Positions 9,937-20,012 of a DNA stretch of 64,000 nt are shown one piece after another. Each line of letters starts with the position of its first letter. The first letter of the stretch is position 1. The position numbers and the translations under genes were made by a program. Below the pieces are notes generated by a model. It was given only the letters and a program-made list of their open reading frames with translations, did no database searches and was not told the origin of the DNA. This DNA is from Candidatus Krumholzibacteriia bacterium (GTDB taxonomy: Bacteria > Krumholzibacteriota > Krumholzibacteriia > LZORAL124-64-63): the NCBI GenBank assembly GCA_050174015.1, contig JBFXKG010000004.1, positions 64,001-128,000 of the forward strand, read 5' to 3'.

Positions 9937-12003
9937 GTGCGCGTGACCCTCCCCTTCCTCGTGTGCCTCAGCTTCGCCTGTGCGGTCTTCACCCCCGGCA
10001 GCCTGCTCGCCGATCCGACCCTGCCCCCCGGCGAGTCCCCACCGCCCACGCCTGTCACCCGCCTGGCCGACGCCGGGACCGCGGACGACCACGGTGGCGC
10101 CGACCTGGTCGTCGTGCTGGACAGGGCCGTGAACAAGGTCAAGCCCAGCGGGGTGACCTACGTGGACGCCTACCGCCTGGTCAAGGTCCTGACCCCGGCC
10201 GGCTGCCGGGACAACGGGGTGCTCAAGTGGCATTACGACCCCCAGAGCAGCCACGTGCAGATCCGCAAGGTCTCCATCATCCGCGACGGGGAATACATCC
10301 CCGTGGACGTCGCGGGCATCCACGACCTGCCTGCTCCCCAGGCGGCCATCTACTGGCGCGACCGCATCAAGACGCTGCAGCTGCCGCGCCTGCAGGTCGG
10401 CGACGGCATCGAGGTCATCAGCTTCCGCAAGGGATTCACCTACGCGCTGCTGGGCGAAGGCGGACCGCAAGGGGCCGCCGGCGCGCAGCAGCAGGAGGCC
10501 TTCGAGGACACCGAGGAGGACGACGCCCGGTACATCCCGCCCATGCCCGGCGAGTACTTCGACATCGTCCTGTTCCAGGAAGAGGCTCCGATCATCGAGA
10601 AGCGCTACGTCCTGCGGCTGCCGCCCGACAAGCGCCTGCACGCCGAGGTCTACAACGGGGCCCTGTACTCCGCCACCTCGTACGACGAGACCATGAACGA
10701 GTACTCCTGGTGGGGCCTGGACCTGCCGGCCCGCGTCCACGAGCCGCGGCAACCGGACGCCAGCGACTTCGCGCCCAAGGTGGTCATGGCGACCGCGGAA
10801 AGCTGGGAGGCCAAGAGCCGCTGGTTCTTCGACGTGAACCGGGACCAGTTCGAGGTCACCCCGGCCATCCAGGTCAAGGTCGAGGAGATCCTGCGCGATG
10901 CCGGGGTGGCGGGCGGCGACGATCTCGCGAAGGCCGAGGCCCTGGTGCACTGGGTGGCCCAGAACATCCGCTACTCCGGCCAGACCATGGGCGAGGGCGA
11001 GGGATTCACCCTGCATCCGGGGGACATGATCTTCGAGCAGCGCAGCGGCGTGTGCAAGGACATCGCCGGCATGCTCATCACCATGATGCGCGGGGCGGGA
11101 CTGGACTCCTACGCCGCGATGACCATGGCCGGCAGCCGCATCGACCTGGTGCCCGCCGACCAGTTCAACCACTGCGTCACCGCCCTGCGCCTGGACGACG
11201 GGTCGTTCGTGATGTACGACCCCACCTGGGTGCCCTTCAACAACGACATCTGGTCCAAGTCCGAGACGGAACAGCATTTCCTGATCGGGACCCCCGAGGG
11301 CGAGACCCTCAGCCGCATCCCCTACAGTCCTCCCGCCGAGTCGCCCCTGAAGGCGGTCCACGAGGCCGAGCTGGACGCCGGCGGGACCCTGCAGGGCGTG
11401 CTGCGGTTCGACGGCGCCGGCGCCATGGACAGCCGCCTGCGGCGCATGGTCAACGGCGTGCGCAAGGACGAGCTGATCTCCCGCTGCGCCCAGCTGCTGG
11501 CGCCCGTCAGTCCCCGCGTGGTCGTCGAGAAGGTCGAGCACCGCGAGGCGGACGACTTCAGCGGCGACATGTGGCTGCGCATCGCCTACCGCATCCCCCG
11601 GTTCGCGCTGGATCTGGACGAGGGATTCGAGTTCACCAGTCCGCTGATGCAGATCGTCACCGGCGACGGCAACCTGTTCTCCAACGGGGGGACGCGCTGG
11701 GCCAAGGACCGCACCACCGACCTGATGCTCTGGTACACCCAGCTGCTGGACGGCAGCGAGACCATCAAGCTGCCCAAGGGATACACGCTGCAGGATCCGC
11801 CGGAGAGTCCCGACGTGGACGAGACCTACGCTGCGTTCTCGGCCTCCGCCGACCAGGACGGCCGGACGCTCCGCATCGCCCAGAGGGCCGAGGTCCGACG
11901 CCGCCAGATCCCGCCCGACGGGTACGCCGGGTTCCGGAAGGCCATGGACGCCGCCCGCGACTGGACCGGGCAGACCTTCCGCATCGCCAAGGAGGGCAAA
12001 TGA
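9937..12003 (+). CDS. Secreted DUF3857/transglutaminase-like domain protein
   Basis: Signal peptide; WVAQNIRY; GVCKD...FNHCV...YDPT gives an intact Cys-His-Asp triad. Confidence 0.82.
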   Translation: MRVTLPFLVCLSFACAVFTPGSLLADPTLPPGESPPPTPVTRLADAGTADDHGGADLVVVLDRAVNKVKPSGVTYVDAYRLVKVLTPAGCRDNGVLKWHYDPQSSHVQIRKVSIIRDGEYIPVDVAGIHDLPAPQAAIYWRDRIKTLQLPRLQVGDGIEVISFRKGFTYALLGEGGPQGAAGAQQQEAFEDTEEDDARYIPPMPGEYFDIVLFQEEAPIIEKRYVLRLPPDKRLHAEVYNGALYSATSYDETMNEYSWWGLDLPARVHEPRQPDASDFAPKVVMATAESWEAKSRWFFDVNRDQFEVTPAIQVKVEEILRDAGVAGGDDLAKAEALVHWVAQNIRYSGQTMGEGEGFTLHPGDMIFEQRSGVCKDIAGMLITMMRGAGLDSYAAMTMAGSRIDLVPADQFNHCVTALRLDDGSFVMYDPTWVPFNNDIWSKSETEQHFLIGTPEGETLSRIPYSPPAESPLKAVHEAELDAGGTLQGVLRFDGAGAMDSRLRRMVNGVRKDELISRCAQLLAPVSPRVVVEKVEHREADDFSGDMWLRIAYRIPRFALDLDEGFEFTSPLMQIVTGDGNLFSNGGTRWAKDRTTDLMLWYTQLLDGSETIKLPKGYTLQDPPESPDVDETYAAFSASADQDGRTLRIAQRAEVRRRQIPPDGYAGFRKAMDAARDWTGQTFRIAKEGK

Positions 12004-13907
12004 TGAAGCGCATCGAGATCATCGCCATCGTCCTCGTGCTGCTGGCCGCCGGGGCGGCCGGCGCCCAGACCATGGGCCGTTCCGACGGCCGCGACCTGGA
12101 CGCCCTGTGGTCCCGGGCCCAGAAGTCCTTCGATCTCGCGCAGGAGGACGCCGTCCTGCTGATCGAGAGCCGCAACGTCACCGTCGGGCAGGACGGATCG
12201 CTCGCCACCCGGGTGCACCGCGTGGTGTGGATCGGCACCTCCGTCGGCATCCGCGAGTACGCCGATCTGCGCGTGCCCTGGAACTCGGCGACCAGCGATC
12301 TCGACGTCGAGATCCTGCGCACCTGGCGCGACGGCCGCTGGTGGCCCGACCCCGAGGTGATCAGCGAGACCGCCGTGGTGCACACCCTGCCCCACGCCCT
12401 CGACCGCGCCGACGACTACACGACCATGCGCGAGACCATGCTGCTGCACGACGGCGTCGAGCTGCCCTGCATCATGGAGACGGCCTACACCGTCACCGAG
12501 CGCGGCGGCGCATCACCCGGCGCCGACGCGGTCTTCGTCATGCCCCAGCGGGATCCCGCCGTGCTCGTCGAGTACACCCTGGACGTCGAGGGGGACACCC
12601 CGCTGAAGACCGCCTCGTTCAACGGCGCCCCCGAAGCCGGGCCCACCGAGATCAGCCACGCCCGGGCGGTCCGCTGGGCGATGGACGCGGTACCGGCGTT
12701 GAAACGACCCTTGACGGGACACCCCGAGGAGTACGAGCCGACGATCCGGTGGAGGACCTGGCATTCGGTCCCCGAGTTCGTCATCGCCTTGCAACATTCC
12801 CTCAGCGGCACAGCTGATCTTCCTCTGGCTGTGGAAGATTCGCTCGCTCGTCGCCTCACACCCCTGGTGGGATTCGATGCGAGAGTCCGGGGCGTTTTGG
12901 CCTTCGCCGACGAGGCGGTAAGACCCGTCCATTACGACGACCGGTTCTGGCGCCTCTCACCCCGCCCTGCCGCCCGGACCTACGAGACCGGCTACGGACA
13001 CGACCTGGACAGGGCCGCCCTCATCATGGCGCTGATGGAGAGTCAGGGAATCCAGGCCGCTCCCGCCTTCGTATCCCGCACCGGAGATTCCAGCCTGCTC
13101 ATGGAATACCCCGGATGCTGGGATGAACTACTCATTCACCTCGAGGCCCCCGGCGATTCCCAGGAGCTTTTCTACTCCCTCGCCGGTCGGACGGTCCTGC
13201 CCCGGGTTGCTTTCACGACCCGGAATCTCCTGGTTCCCAATCATGTCACTCCCCGGCAGCCTGTCGGGGGTGAACTCGCGATCGAGTGCGCACTGGAACC
13301 CGATGCGGAGGGAGACTGGACCGGAAACGGCCTGGTCGCGACCTCAGGATGCTTCAACCTGGCAGGCGAGGTCTGCGGATCTGGTGACCTGATGGGTCCA
13401 AAGGCGCAGGACCTCCTCTCCTCGCTCCTGTCGGGCGGCGTGATCGGCCACGCCAATCCCGTCCGGGTGAACGCCGACGAGACCTCCGGCCAGCTCGACA
13501 TCGCCTTCGACCTCCAGGTCCCCGACCCCACCGACCCCGACGGCCGCTTCATCATAGGCGACCCCGGGGACGGGGTGCTCGGCCGCTTGCCCCACGACGT
13601 GAGCCTGTACGACGCCGTGCGTGAATCGCCGGTCCTGCTGGAGTCAGGTTACCACCAGACCGTCAGCGTCCGGTTCAAGCTGGACGGCCGCATCCTGCAG
13701 CACGCTCCCCGGCCGCTGAAGATCGAGAACACGGCCGGCACCTTCGAGGTCGCAGTTACGGAAAAGGATGGCTGGGTCACGGTCGAGCGCACCCTGGCCA
13801 TCCCGCAGGACACGATCGGGCCGGAGAACTGGCCCGCCCTGCGCGAACTGCTGCTGGAGGAAGCCGATTCCGCCAACGGCACGATCATCATCGGGGAGGC
13901 CGAGTGA
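12003..13907 (+). CDS. Secreted DUF3857-family protein with degenerate transglutaminase core
   Basis: Real start is at ATG 12000 or 12003 overlapping the upstream stop (MKRIEIIAIVLVLLAAGAAGAQ signal peptide). DAVLLIE...RVHRV DUF3857-like start; GYGHDLD replaces G-x-C-x-D. Confidence 0.72.
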   Translation: MKRIEIIAIVLVLLAAGAAGAQTMGRSDGRDLDALWSRAQKSFDLAQEDAVLLIESRNVTVGQDGSLATRVHRVVWIGTSVGIREYADLRVPWNSATSDLDVEILRTWRDGRWWPDPEVISETAVVHTLPHALDRADDYTTMRETMLLHDGVELPCIMETAYTVTERGGASPGADAVFVMPQRDPAVLVEYTLDVEGDTPLKTASFNGAPEAGPTEISHARAVRWAMDAVPALKRPLTGHPEEYEPTIRWRTWHSVPEFVIALQHSLSGTADLPLAVEDSLARRLTPLVGFDARVRGVLAFADEAVRPVHYDDRFWRLSPRPAARTYETGYGHDLDRAALIMALMESQGIQAAPAFVSRTGDSSLLMEYPGCWDELLIHLEAPGDSQELFYSLAGRTVLPRVAFTTRNLLVPNHVTPRQPVGGELAIECALEPDAEGDWTGNGLVATSGCFNLAGEVCGSGDLMGPKAQDLLSSLLSGGVIGHANPVRVNADETSGQLDIAFDLQVPDPTDPDGRFIIGDPGDGVLGRLPHDVSLYDAVRESPVLLESGYHQTVSVRFKLDGRILQHAPRPLKIENTAGTFEVAVTEKDGWVTVERTLAIPQDTIGPENWPALRELLLEEADSANGTIIIGEAE

Positions 13908-15586
13908 TGCGCAACCTCACCATCGCCTGCGGCATGGCGACGATGCTCCTGCTCGCCGGCTGCGGCGAGGAGATCAGCAGGGACCTGCCCATCGATGACG
14001 CCGCCGTCCGCGCCGCCGAAACCCTGAGCGGGTTGGACCTGACGCAAGCCGAAAGGACCATGATGCTCGAGGACCTGGCGGAAAGCCGCCAGGCCTACCG
14101 GGGGTTGAGGGGCATGGAGATCCCCAACGCGGTCCCGCCGGCCCTGCGGTTCGATCCCCTGACGGCTCGGACCGGACTCCGCGAGGCGCCGGCCACGGGG
14201 CCGGCGCCCGTCTGGTCGCCCGCGCCCGAGGTCACCCGGCCGGACGACCTGGAGGACCTGGCATTCGCCACCATCGGCGAGCTGGCCGAGCTCATTCGGA
14301 CCCGCCGGGTCAGCTGCCTCGAGTTGACCGAGCTGGCGCTGGATCGCCTGCGCCGGCACGGGCCCGACCTGGAGTGCGTGGTCACCCTGACCGAGGGGCG
14401 GGCCCTGCGGCGGGCGAGGGAGCTGGACCGGATGCTCGACCGGGGCGAGTACCTTGGCCCGCTGCACGGCATCCCCTACGGCGCGAAGGACCTGCTGGCG
14501 GTCCGCGGCTATCCCACGACGTGGGGCGCCCGGCCCTACCGCAACCGGATCCTCAACGGCGACGCCACGGTGGTGGAGAAGCTGGATCAGGCGGGCGCCG
14601 TGCTCGTGGCCAAGCTCACCCTCGGCGCCCTGGCCTGGGGCGACGTCTGGTTCGGGGGCACCACCCGCAACCCCTGGAACCTGGAGCAGGGCAGCAGCGG
14701 CTCGTCCGCCGGCCCCGCCTCGGCAGTGGCGGCCGGACTGGTGCCCTTCGCCATCGGCTCCGAGACCTGGGGCAGCATCGTCTCGCCCAGCACCCGCTGC
14801 GGTACGACCGGTCTGCGGCCCACCTTCGGGCGGGTCAGCCGCCAGGGGGCCATGGCCCTCAGCTGGTCCATGGACAAGATCGGCCCCATGGCGCGCACGG
14901 TGGAGGACTGCGCCATCGTCTTCGACGCCATCGAGGGCATCGACCCCGCCGACCCCACCACGGTGGACCGGCCCTTCCCCTACCGCCCCGACCGCCCCCT
15001 GCAGGATCTGCGCATCGGCTACCTCCGCTCCGTCTTCAACGAGGAGTACGACTGGCACACCTTGCACTCCGAGGCCCTGGACGACCTGCGCCGCGCGGGC
15101 GCCCGCCTGGTCCCCGTCGAATTGCCGGGCAACCGGGATCTGGGCACCGACATCTACAACCTGTCGTTCATCCTGTCGGCCGAGGCCGGCGCCGCCTTCC
15201 AGGATCTCGTCCTGAGCGACCGGGACGACGAGCTCGTCCGCCAGGTCCGCAACGCCTGGCCCAACGTGTTCCGGCACGCCCAGTTCATCCCGGCCGTCGA
15301 GTACATCCAGGCCAACCGGGCCCGCGTCCTCCTGATGGAGCTCATGGCCGGGGTGTTCGACGAGATCGACGTCTACGTCACCCCCTCGTTCCAGGGGGAC
15401 AACCTGCTGATCACCAACCTGACCGGGCATCCCCAGGTGGTGGTGCCCTGCGGCTTCGAGACGGAGAACGCGCCGACCTCGATCAGTTTCGTGGGAAGGT
15501 TGTTCGGGGAGGCGGACGTGTTGGCGGTGGCCAAGGCCTACCAGGACGCCACGGGCTGGCACCGGATGCACCCGCCGGGGTTCTGA
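13904..15586 (+). CDS. Amidase signature family protein, probable lipoprotein
   Basis: GPLHGIPYGAKD, GSSGSSAG and IGSETWGSIVSPS motifs; LLLAGC lipobox. Confidence 0.9.
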   Translation: MMRNLTIACGMATMLLLAGCGEEISRDLPIDDAAVRAAETLSGLDLTQAERTMMLEDLAESRQAYRGLRGMEIPNAVPPALRFDPLTARTGLREAPATGPAPVWSPAPEVTRPDDLEDLAFATIGELAELIRTRRVSCLELTELALDRLRRHGPDLECVVTLTEGRALRRARELDRMLDRGEYLGPLHGIPYGAKDLLAVRGYPTTWGARPYRNRILNGDATVVEKLDQAGAVLVAKLTLGALAWGDVWFGGTTRNPWNLEQGSSGSSAGPASAVAAGLVPFAIGSETWGSIVSPSTRCGTTGLRPTFGRVSRQGAMALSWSMDKIGPMARTVEDCAIVFDAIEGIDPADPTTVDRPFPYRPDRPLQDLRIGYLRSVFNEEYDWHTLHSEALDDLRRAGARLVPVELPGNRDLGTDIYNLSFILSAEAGAAFQDLVLSDRDDELVRQVRNAWPNVFRHAQFIPAVEYIQANRARVLLMELMAGVFDEIDVYVTPSFQGDNLLITNLTGHPQVVVPCGFETENAPTSISFVGRLFGEADVLAVAKAYQDATGWHRMHPPGF

Positions 15587-15616
15587 TCGCGGGGTGCGGC
15601 AGGGATCCGATGCGAC

Positions 15617-15642
15617 GAGGGGCCGCCTGCGGGCGGCCCTTC
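15617..15642. terminator. Hairpin between convergent genes (probable terminator)
   Basis: GAGGGGCCGCC-TGCG-GGCGGCCCTTC. Confidence 0.55.
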
Positions 15643-15646
15643 GGTT

Positions 15647-16147
15647 TCAGTGCCGCTCGTCGTCGAGTTCCTTCATCCGCCGCAGGAAGCCCAGGGGGGT
15701 TTCCTGCGAGGCGATCTCCAGCATCCTGCGGATGCGCTCGTCATCGGCCTCGAACTTCCGCCGCAGGCGGGCGGCGAAGGCGTCCCCGAGCACCTTGATC
15801 AGTTCCTCGAGATCGTAGGGCTTGGGCAGGTAGCCGAAGGCCCCCAGCTTGGTGCACTCCACCGCGCTGCCCAGGGACCCGTGCCCCGTCAGGATGATCA
15901 CCTCGAGGAATTCGTGTTCGGCCTTCAGGCGCTCCAGGACCTCCTGGCCGTCCATGCCGGGCATCTTGAGGTCCACCAGCGCCAGGTCGAACTTCTGCTC
16001 CCTGGCCCGTTCCAGCGCCGCGGCGCCGTCCTCCACCAGGGTCACGTCGAAATCCCGCATCTCCAGCCGCTGGCCCAGGGCGGCGAGGAACTCCCGCTCG
16101 TCGTCCACCACCAGGATCCGGATCCTGCCCGCACCGCCGTCGTTCAT
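15647..16147 (-). CDS. Single-domain response regulator
   Basis: Start at MNDGGAG; ILVVDDE, DLKMPGMDG, ILTGHG and YLPKP motifs. Confidence 0.9.
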   Translation of the reverse strand: MNDGGAGRIRILVVDDEREFLAALGQRLEMRDFDVTLVEDGAAALERAREQKFDLALVDLKMPGMDGQEVLERLKAEHEFLEVIILTGHGSLGSAVECTKLGAFGYLPKPYDLEELIKVLGDAFAARLRRKFEADDERIRRMLEIASQETPLGFLRRMKELDDERH

Positions 16148-16170
16148 GATCTCGTCCTTTGCCGTTCGGC

Positions 16171-18261
16171 TCAGCCCGGGAATCCCAGCCATCGCCAGTA
16201 GCCGAGGAAGGCCCAGAGCCAGAGCACCGCGAAGCTCAACACGAACACGAAGGCCCCGTGCTTGAGGAAGTCTCCTTGCGTGACCAGCTGGCGGCCGGTC
16301 CGGGGATCCTTGCACAGGATGTACACCAGGGCGTTGGCCGGAGTCCCGATGATCAGCATGTGGGGGAAGGACGAGGCGAAAGCCGTCGCGAAGCCCACCA
16401 TCCAGGGATGGACGCCCGCGCTCTGGGCCATGGGCACCGCGATGGGTCCGATGGCCGCCACGGTTGCCCCGTCGCTCATGATGTTGGTCACCAGGCCGGT
16501 CAGGAAGCTGACCGCCATGGCCAGGCCGGCATTGCCCATCAATCCGCCCAGGGCCGTTCCGTCGGTCAGGCCGGACGGGAGCATGAGGACGAAGCCGCGG
16601 GCCAGGTAGAGCGCTCCTCCGGTCATGGCCAGGCCCTTGCCCAGGGCGCTGGCCCCGGCGTAGAGGAACACGACGTCCCAGTGGATCTTCGGGATCTCCG
16701 ACCACTTCAGCACGCCGGCGACGTTCAGCAGCACCAGCCCCAGCAGGACGGGCCCTCCCATGCCCAGGCGGGATCCCCCGAAGACCCACAGGGCCACCAC
16801 CAGGACGCCGACGGCCGCGGTCAGGTGCTCGTCCCGGTTCATCGGTCCGAGACGCTCGCTGCTGCGCCTGGCGATGCCGGCCACGTCCAGGCTCAGGCCG
16901 TCGGGGAACGCGGCAAGCAGGCGGCCCCGGAAGGTCACGAAGAAGTATGCCGCCAGGACCAGCGCCGCCACCGGCACGAAGGGCATGCCGTACTTCATCC
17001 ACTGGGCGAAGGTGGGCGCCTTCCCGTAATCGGTGAGGATGCCGATCATCACGGCGTTGCGGCCGCCGGCGGCCGGGGAACCGGGGCCGCCCAGGTTCGA
17101 GGCGTAGCACAGCATCAGCGCGAACAGGACCAGCAGCTGCCGCTGCCGGTCCTCGCCCTGCCCCTGCCCCGGGCTCGTGACCGTCTCCCGGTAGACGGCG
17201 ACGAACAGCGGCATCATCAGGGCGATGAGGATGGTCTCCGAGATGAACGAACAGGCCAGTGCGAACAGCGGCAGAAAGACGAAGAGAAGGCGTCCCAAAC
17301 CCCGCACCGGGCCCAGCAGGAACATGGCGATGCGCCGGTCCAGCCCCGTTCCGCTGATCACCCGGGACAGCACCAGGACCCCGAAGATGAACACGACGGA
17401 GTCCTTGGCGAAGGCCTGGGTGATGCCGTCTGGACGCATGATCCCCCCGAAGTACATCACCGTCGCCACGACCAGGGCGGTGATGCCGAGGGGCACCGCG
17501 CCCGTGGCCCAGAACAGCGCAGCGACCACGATCAGGCCGATCATCAACTGGGCCCGGCCGGCGGCATCGCGGGCAAGGTCGGGTCCCTCCCACAGGCCGG
17601 GCGGGCGATAATGCTCGCGGACGAACTGCGCGATGGTCTGCCCGTCGTCCATGGCCGCATACTGGGGATAGCCCGCGATCACGTCGATGGCGCGGTGGCC
17701 GCTCTTGGGGATGTCAAGCAGGCGGATGAGCCCCTGAGGCGGGGGCGCCAGCCAGGCGACCAGCATGAGCGCCAGACCCAGCAGAATGATCAGGGGCCGC
17801 GAATTGGCGCTGCCCAGCAGCCGGCTGCGCCAGCCGGGACCCTTCCTGACGGGCATGTTGTGGCGCGCCAGGGCGTGGGTCTTCTCCCGGGCCGCACTCC
17901 GGATCGCCGTGACCAGATCGTGGGTGGCTGCGGGTTTGGCCAGGTACCGGTAGGCGCCCAGCTTGCCCGCCTCGGTGGCGGACTCCACCGTCCCGTAGCC
18001 CGTCAACATGATCACCTGGATCTCGGCCCGGAAGGCCTTGATCTCCTGCAGGGTCCGGGCGCCGTCCATCCCCGGCATCTTGCGGTCCAGGACCACCACG
18101 TCGATGGACGGATCCTGGCGCACCCGGCGGACCGCGTCCTCACCGTCCCCGGATTGCTGCACGTCGAGCCCCCGCAGGATCAGCCGCTCGGCCAGGGCTT
18201 CGCGGAACTGCGGCTCGTCGTCGACGAGCAGGACCTTCAGCGGCTGGGTGCCGGGCGCCAT
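16171..18261 (-). CDS. Receiver domain fused to an SLC13/DASS-family anion permease
   Basis: N-terminal VLLVDDE/DRKMPGMDG/MLTGYG/YLAKP, then many TM helices with GGPGSPAAGGRN, IHWDVV, TNIMSDGAT and IIGTPANA. Confidence 0.85.
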   Translation of the reverse strand: MAPGTQPLKVLLVDDEPQFREALAERLILRGLDVQQSGDGEDAVRRVRQDPSIDVVVLDRKMPGMDGARTLQEIKAFRAEIQVIMLTGYGTVESATEAGKLGAYRYLAKPAATHDLVTAIRSAAREKTHALARHNMPVRKGPGWRSRLLGSANSRPLIILLGLALMLVAWLAPPPQGLIRLLDIPKSGHRAIDVIAGYPQYAAMDDGQTIAQFVREHYRPPGLWEGPDLARDAAGRAQLMIGLIVVAALFWATGAVPLGITALVVATVMYFGGIMRPDGITQAFAKDSVVFIFGVLVLSRVISGTGLDRRIAMFLLGPVRGLGRLLFVFLPLFALACSFISETILIALMMPLFVAVYRETVTSPGQGQGEDRQRQLLVLFALMLCYASNLGGPGSPAAGGRNAVMIGILTDYGKAPTFAQWMKYGMPFVPVAALVLAAYFFVTFRGRLLAAFPDGLSLDVAGIARRSSERLGPMNRDEHLTAAVGVLVVALWVFGGSRLGMGGPVLLGLVLLNVAGVLKWSEIPKIHWDVVFLYAGASALGKGLAMTGGALYLARGFVLMLPSGLTDGTALGGLMGNAGLAMAVSFLTGLVTNIMSDGATVAAIGPIAVPMAQSAGVHPWMVGFATAFASSFPHMLIIGTPANALVYILCKDPRTGRQLVTQGDFLKHGAFVFVLSFAVLWLWAFLGYWRWLGFPG

Positions 18262-19751
18262 CCTCTCTCCTGCACGAGATCGAGCGGAAGCTCGATGGTG
18301 AATTCGCTGCCCTTGCCGGGCTCCCCGACGGCTCCGAGGCTGCCGCCCAGTCCCTCGATGATGCCGTAACTCACGCTCAGGCCCAGGCCGGTGCCACGGC
18401 CGGGGGCCTTGGTCGTGTAGAAAGGCATGAAGATCCTCTCGTGCTGCTCGGGCGTCAACCCCACGCCCGTGTCCTTCACCTTGATGGTGAACGAGGACGC
18501 CCGTTTCCGCGTGGTCAGGGTGATGGTCCCCTCCCCGGAAACGGCATCCACCGCGTTCTTGACCAGGTTCACCAGGACCTGCCGCAAGCGGTCGGCGTCG
18601 GTGACCACCGGGGGCAGGGCGGGGTCGAAATCCCGGACCACCGTGACGCCTCTGGTCTTGAGCTCCGGCCCCAGCAACCCCTCAAGCAGGTCTTCGATCA
18701 GCTGGTGGACGTCGGCCGCCTTGAGGGTGACGCCGGTCTGCCGGACGAACCCCAGCAGCTGGCGGGTGATGCCGGTGCACCGGTAGACGGCCGATTCGAT
18801 GGCCTCGATGTGACCGGCGATCTCCTCGGGCGAGGGCCCCCGCCCGAACGCCGGATCGAGCAGGTCCTTGATCAGGCCTGCCTTCTCCGCCACCACGGCC
18901 AGCGGGTTGTTGATCTCGTGGGCGATGCCCGAGGCCAGTTCCCCCACCGACGCCAGACGGGCCGCGTGGATCAGCTGGCGGTTGAGCTGCCGCTCCTTCT
19001 GCCAGGCCTGGAATTGCTGGTGGGCGACCCAGCGGGCCTGGACGAAGACGACCAGCCCGCCGACCAGGCAGAACAGGCCCGTGAAGATCCAGATGTTGGT
19101 CGTGAAGTCCCGACGCAGCCCTCCGGGGGGCTGGGCGAATCCCTCGTCCATCCCGGTCTGGGCCGGGGCTGCGTCCGGGGAAAGGGCGGCGCGCAGGATC
19201 CGGGTCTGGCCGCCCGGCACGAGCTTGACCGCCATGGTGAAGTGGGGGCGTCCCCGGAATCCCAGGTAGACGTCGGTGATCACGTGGAAGGCGTCCCCAT
19301 CCTGCAGGCGTCCGAACCAGCCTTCGGCGGCGTAGTTGCGCCCCTTCAGTTCGGGGAAGGGTCCCGCGTATTCCAGGACCCGGCCCCCGGAGTCCAGGAC
19401 GGCCAGGTCGACGAACGACTCGCTGATGGCCTGCAGTTCTGCCAGGCGGTCCCGCAGGAATTCCGGAGAAGGCCGGACCAGCGCCAGGGGGTCGTCGGTC
19501 AGACCGGTCAGGTTGAGCAGCCTGTCCCCCAGGAACCCCTCGAGCATGGCGGCCTGGTGGGCGGCCAGGGATTGGCGGTGGCGCTCCTCGGTGTCCCGGA
19601 TGAAGAGGCGGTACTGGAGATGGAAGAACAAGGCCAGCAGGAGCAGGGGAACGAAGTAGAGCAGCACCAGACGCGCCAGGGCGTGCCGCAGGAGATCCCG
19701 ATACAGGGACCGCTGCATGGTTTCGGTTTCGCTGCGAACCCGCTCGCTCAT
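18237..19751 (-). CDS. Membrane sensor histidine kinase (NtrB-like)
   Basis: Two TM segments; GIAHEINNPL, QVLVNLVKNA, DTGVG, FYTTK and GTGLGL. Confidence 0.92.
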   Translation of the reverse strand: MSERVRSETETMQRSLYRDLLRHALARLVLLYFVPLLLLALFFHLQYRLFIRDTEERHRQSLAAHQAAMLEGFLGDRLLNLTGLTDDPLALVRPSPEFLRDRLAELQAISESFVDLAVLDSGGRVLEYAGPFPELKGRNYAAEGWFGRLQDGDAFHVITDVYLGFRGRPHFTMAVKLVPGGQTRILRAALSPDAAPAQTGMDEGFAQPPGGLRRDFTTNIWIFTGLFCLVGGLVVFVQARWVAHQQFQAWQKERQLNRQLIHAARLASVGELASGIAHEINNPLAVVAEKAGLIKDLLDPAFGRGPSPEEIAGHIEAIESAVYRCTGITRQLLGFVRQTGVTLKAADVHQLIEDLLEGLLGPELKTRGVTVVRDFDPALPPVVTDADRLRQVLVNLVKNAVDAVSGEGTITLTTRKRASSFTIKVKDTGVGLTPEQHERIFMPFYTTKAPGRGTGLGLSVSYGIIEGLGGSLGAVGEPGKGSEFTIELPLDLVQERGWRPAPSR

Positions 19752-20012
19752 GGACCTGCTCCCCCGGGGCCGACCGGAACCTGATCCGCTCCATCATAAC
19801 ACCCGGCCAGGCCCTGAGATACCTCCGTCCCTCCCGGATTCCCACCCGTTCAGGATAATCCGACCCGGTCTCGCTCGCCCCGCGGCCGGGCCCGGATTCC
19901 TGGAAATACCCCTTCCGGCGACTTACCATTGTCATGGCCCAGCAGGACCCTCGGCATTCCCGGAGCCGGCCCTCCGACCGCGGGTCCCTCACCATCACCC
20001 CGGAGAGCAGCC

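Noticed and set aside
9879..13907. 1342-aa ORF as a single giant protein
   Set aside because: The first ~700 codons are an Arg/Pro-rich off-frame overlap of the 9937-12003 gene; the real protein starts at about 12003 with a signal peptide.
15647..17593. 648-aa ORF, and similarly extended ORFs at 32759-34198, 35735-36586, 36151-38091, 38958-40451 and 52991-54541
   Set aside because: Their N-terminal parts overlap upstream genes out of frame; starts were reassigned to RBS-supported or translationally coupled codons.
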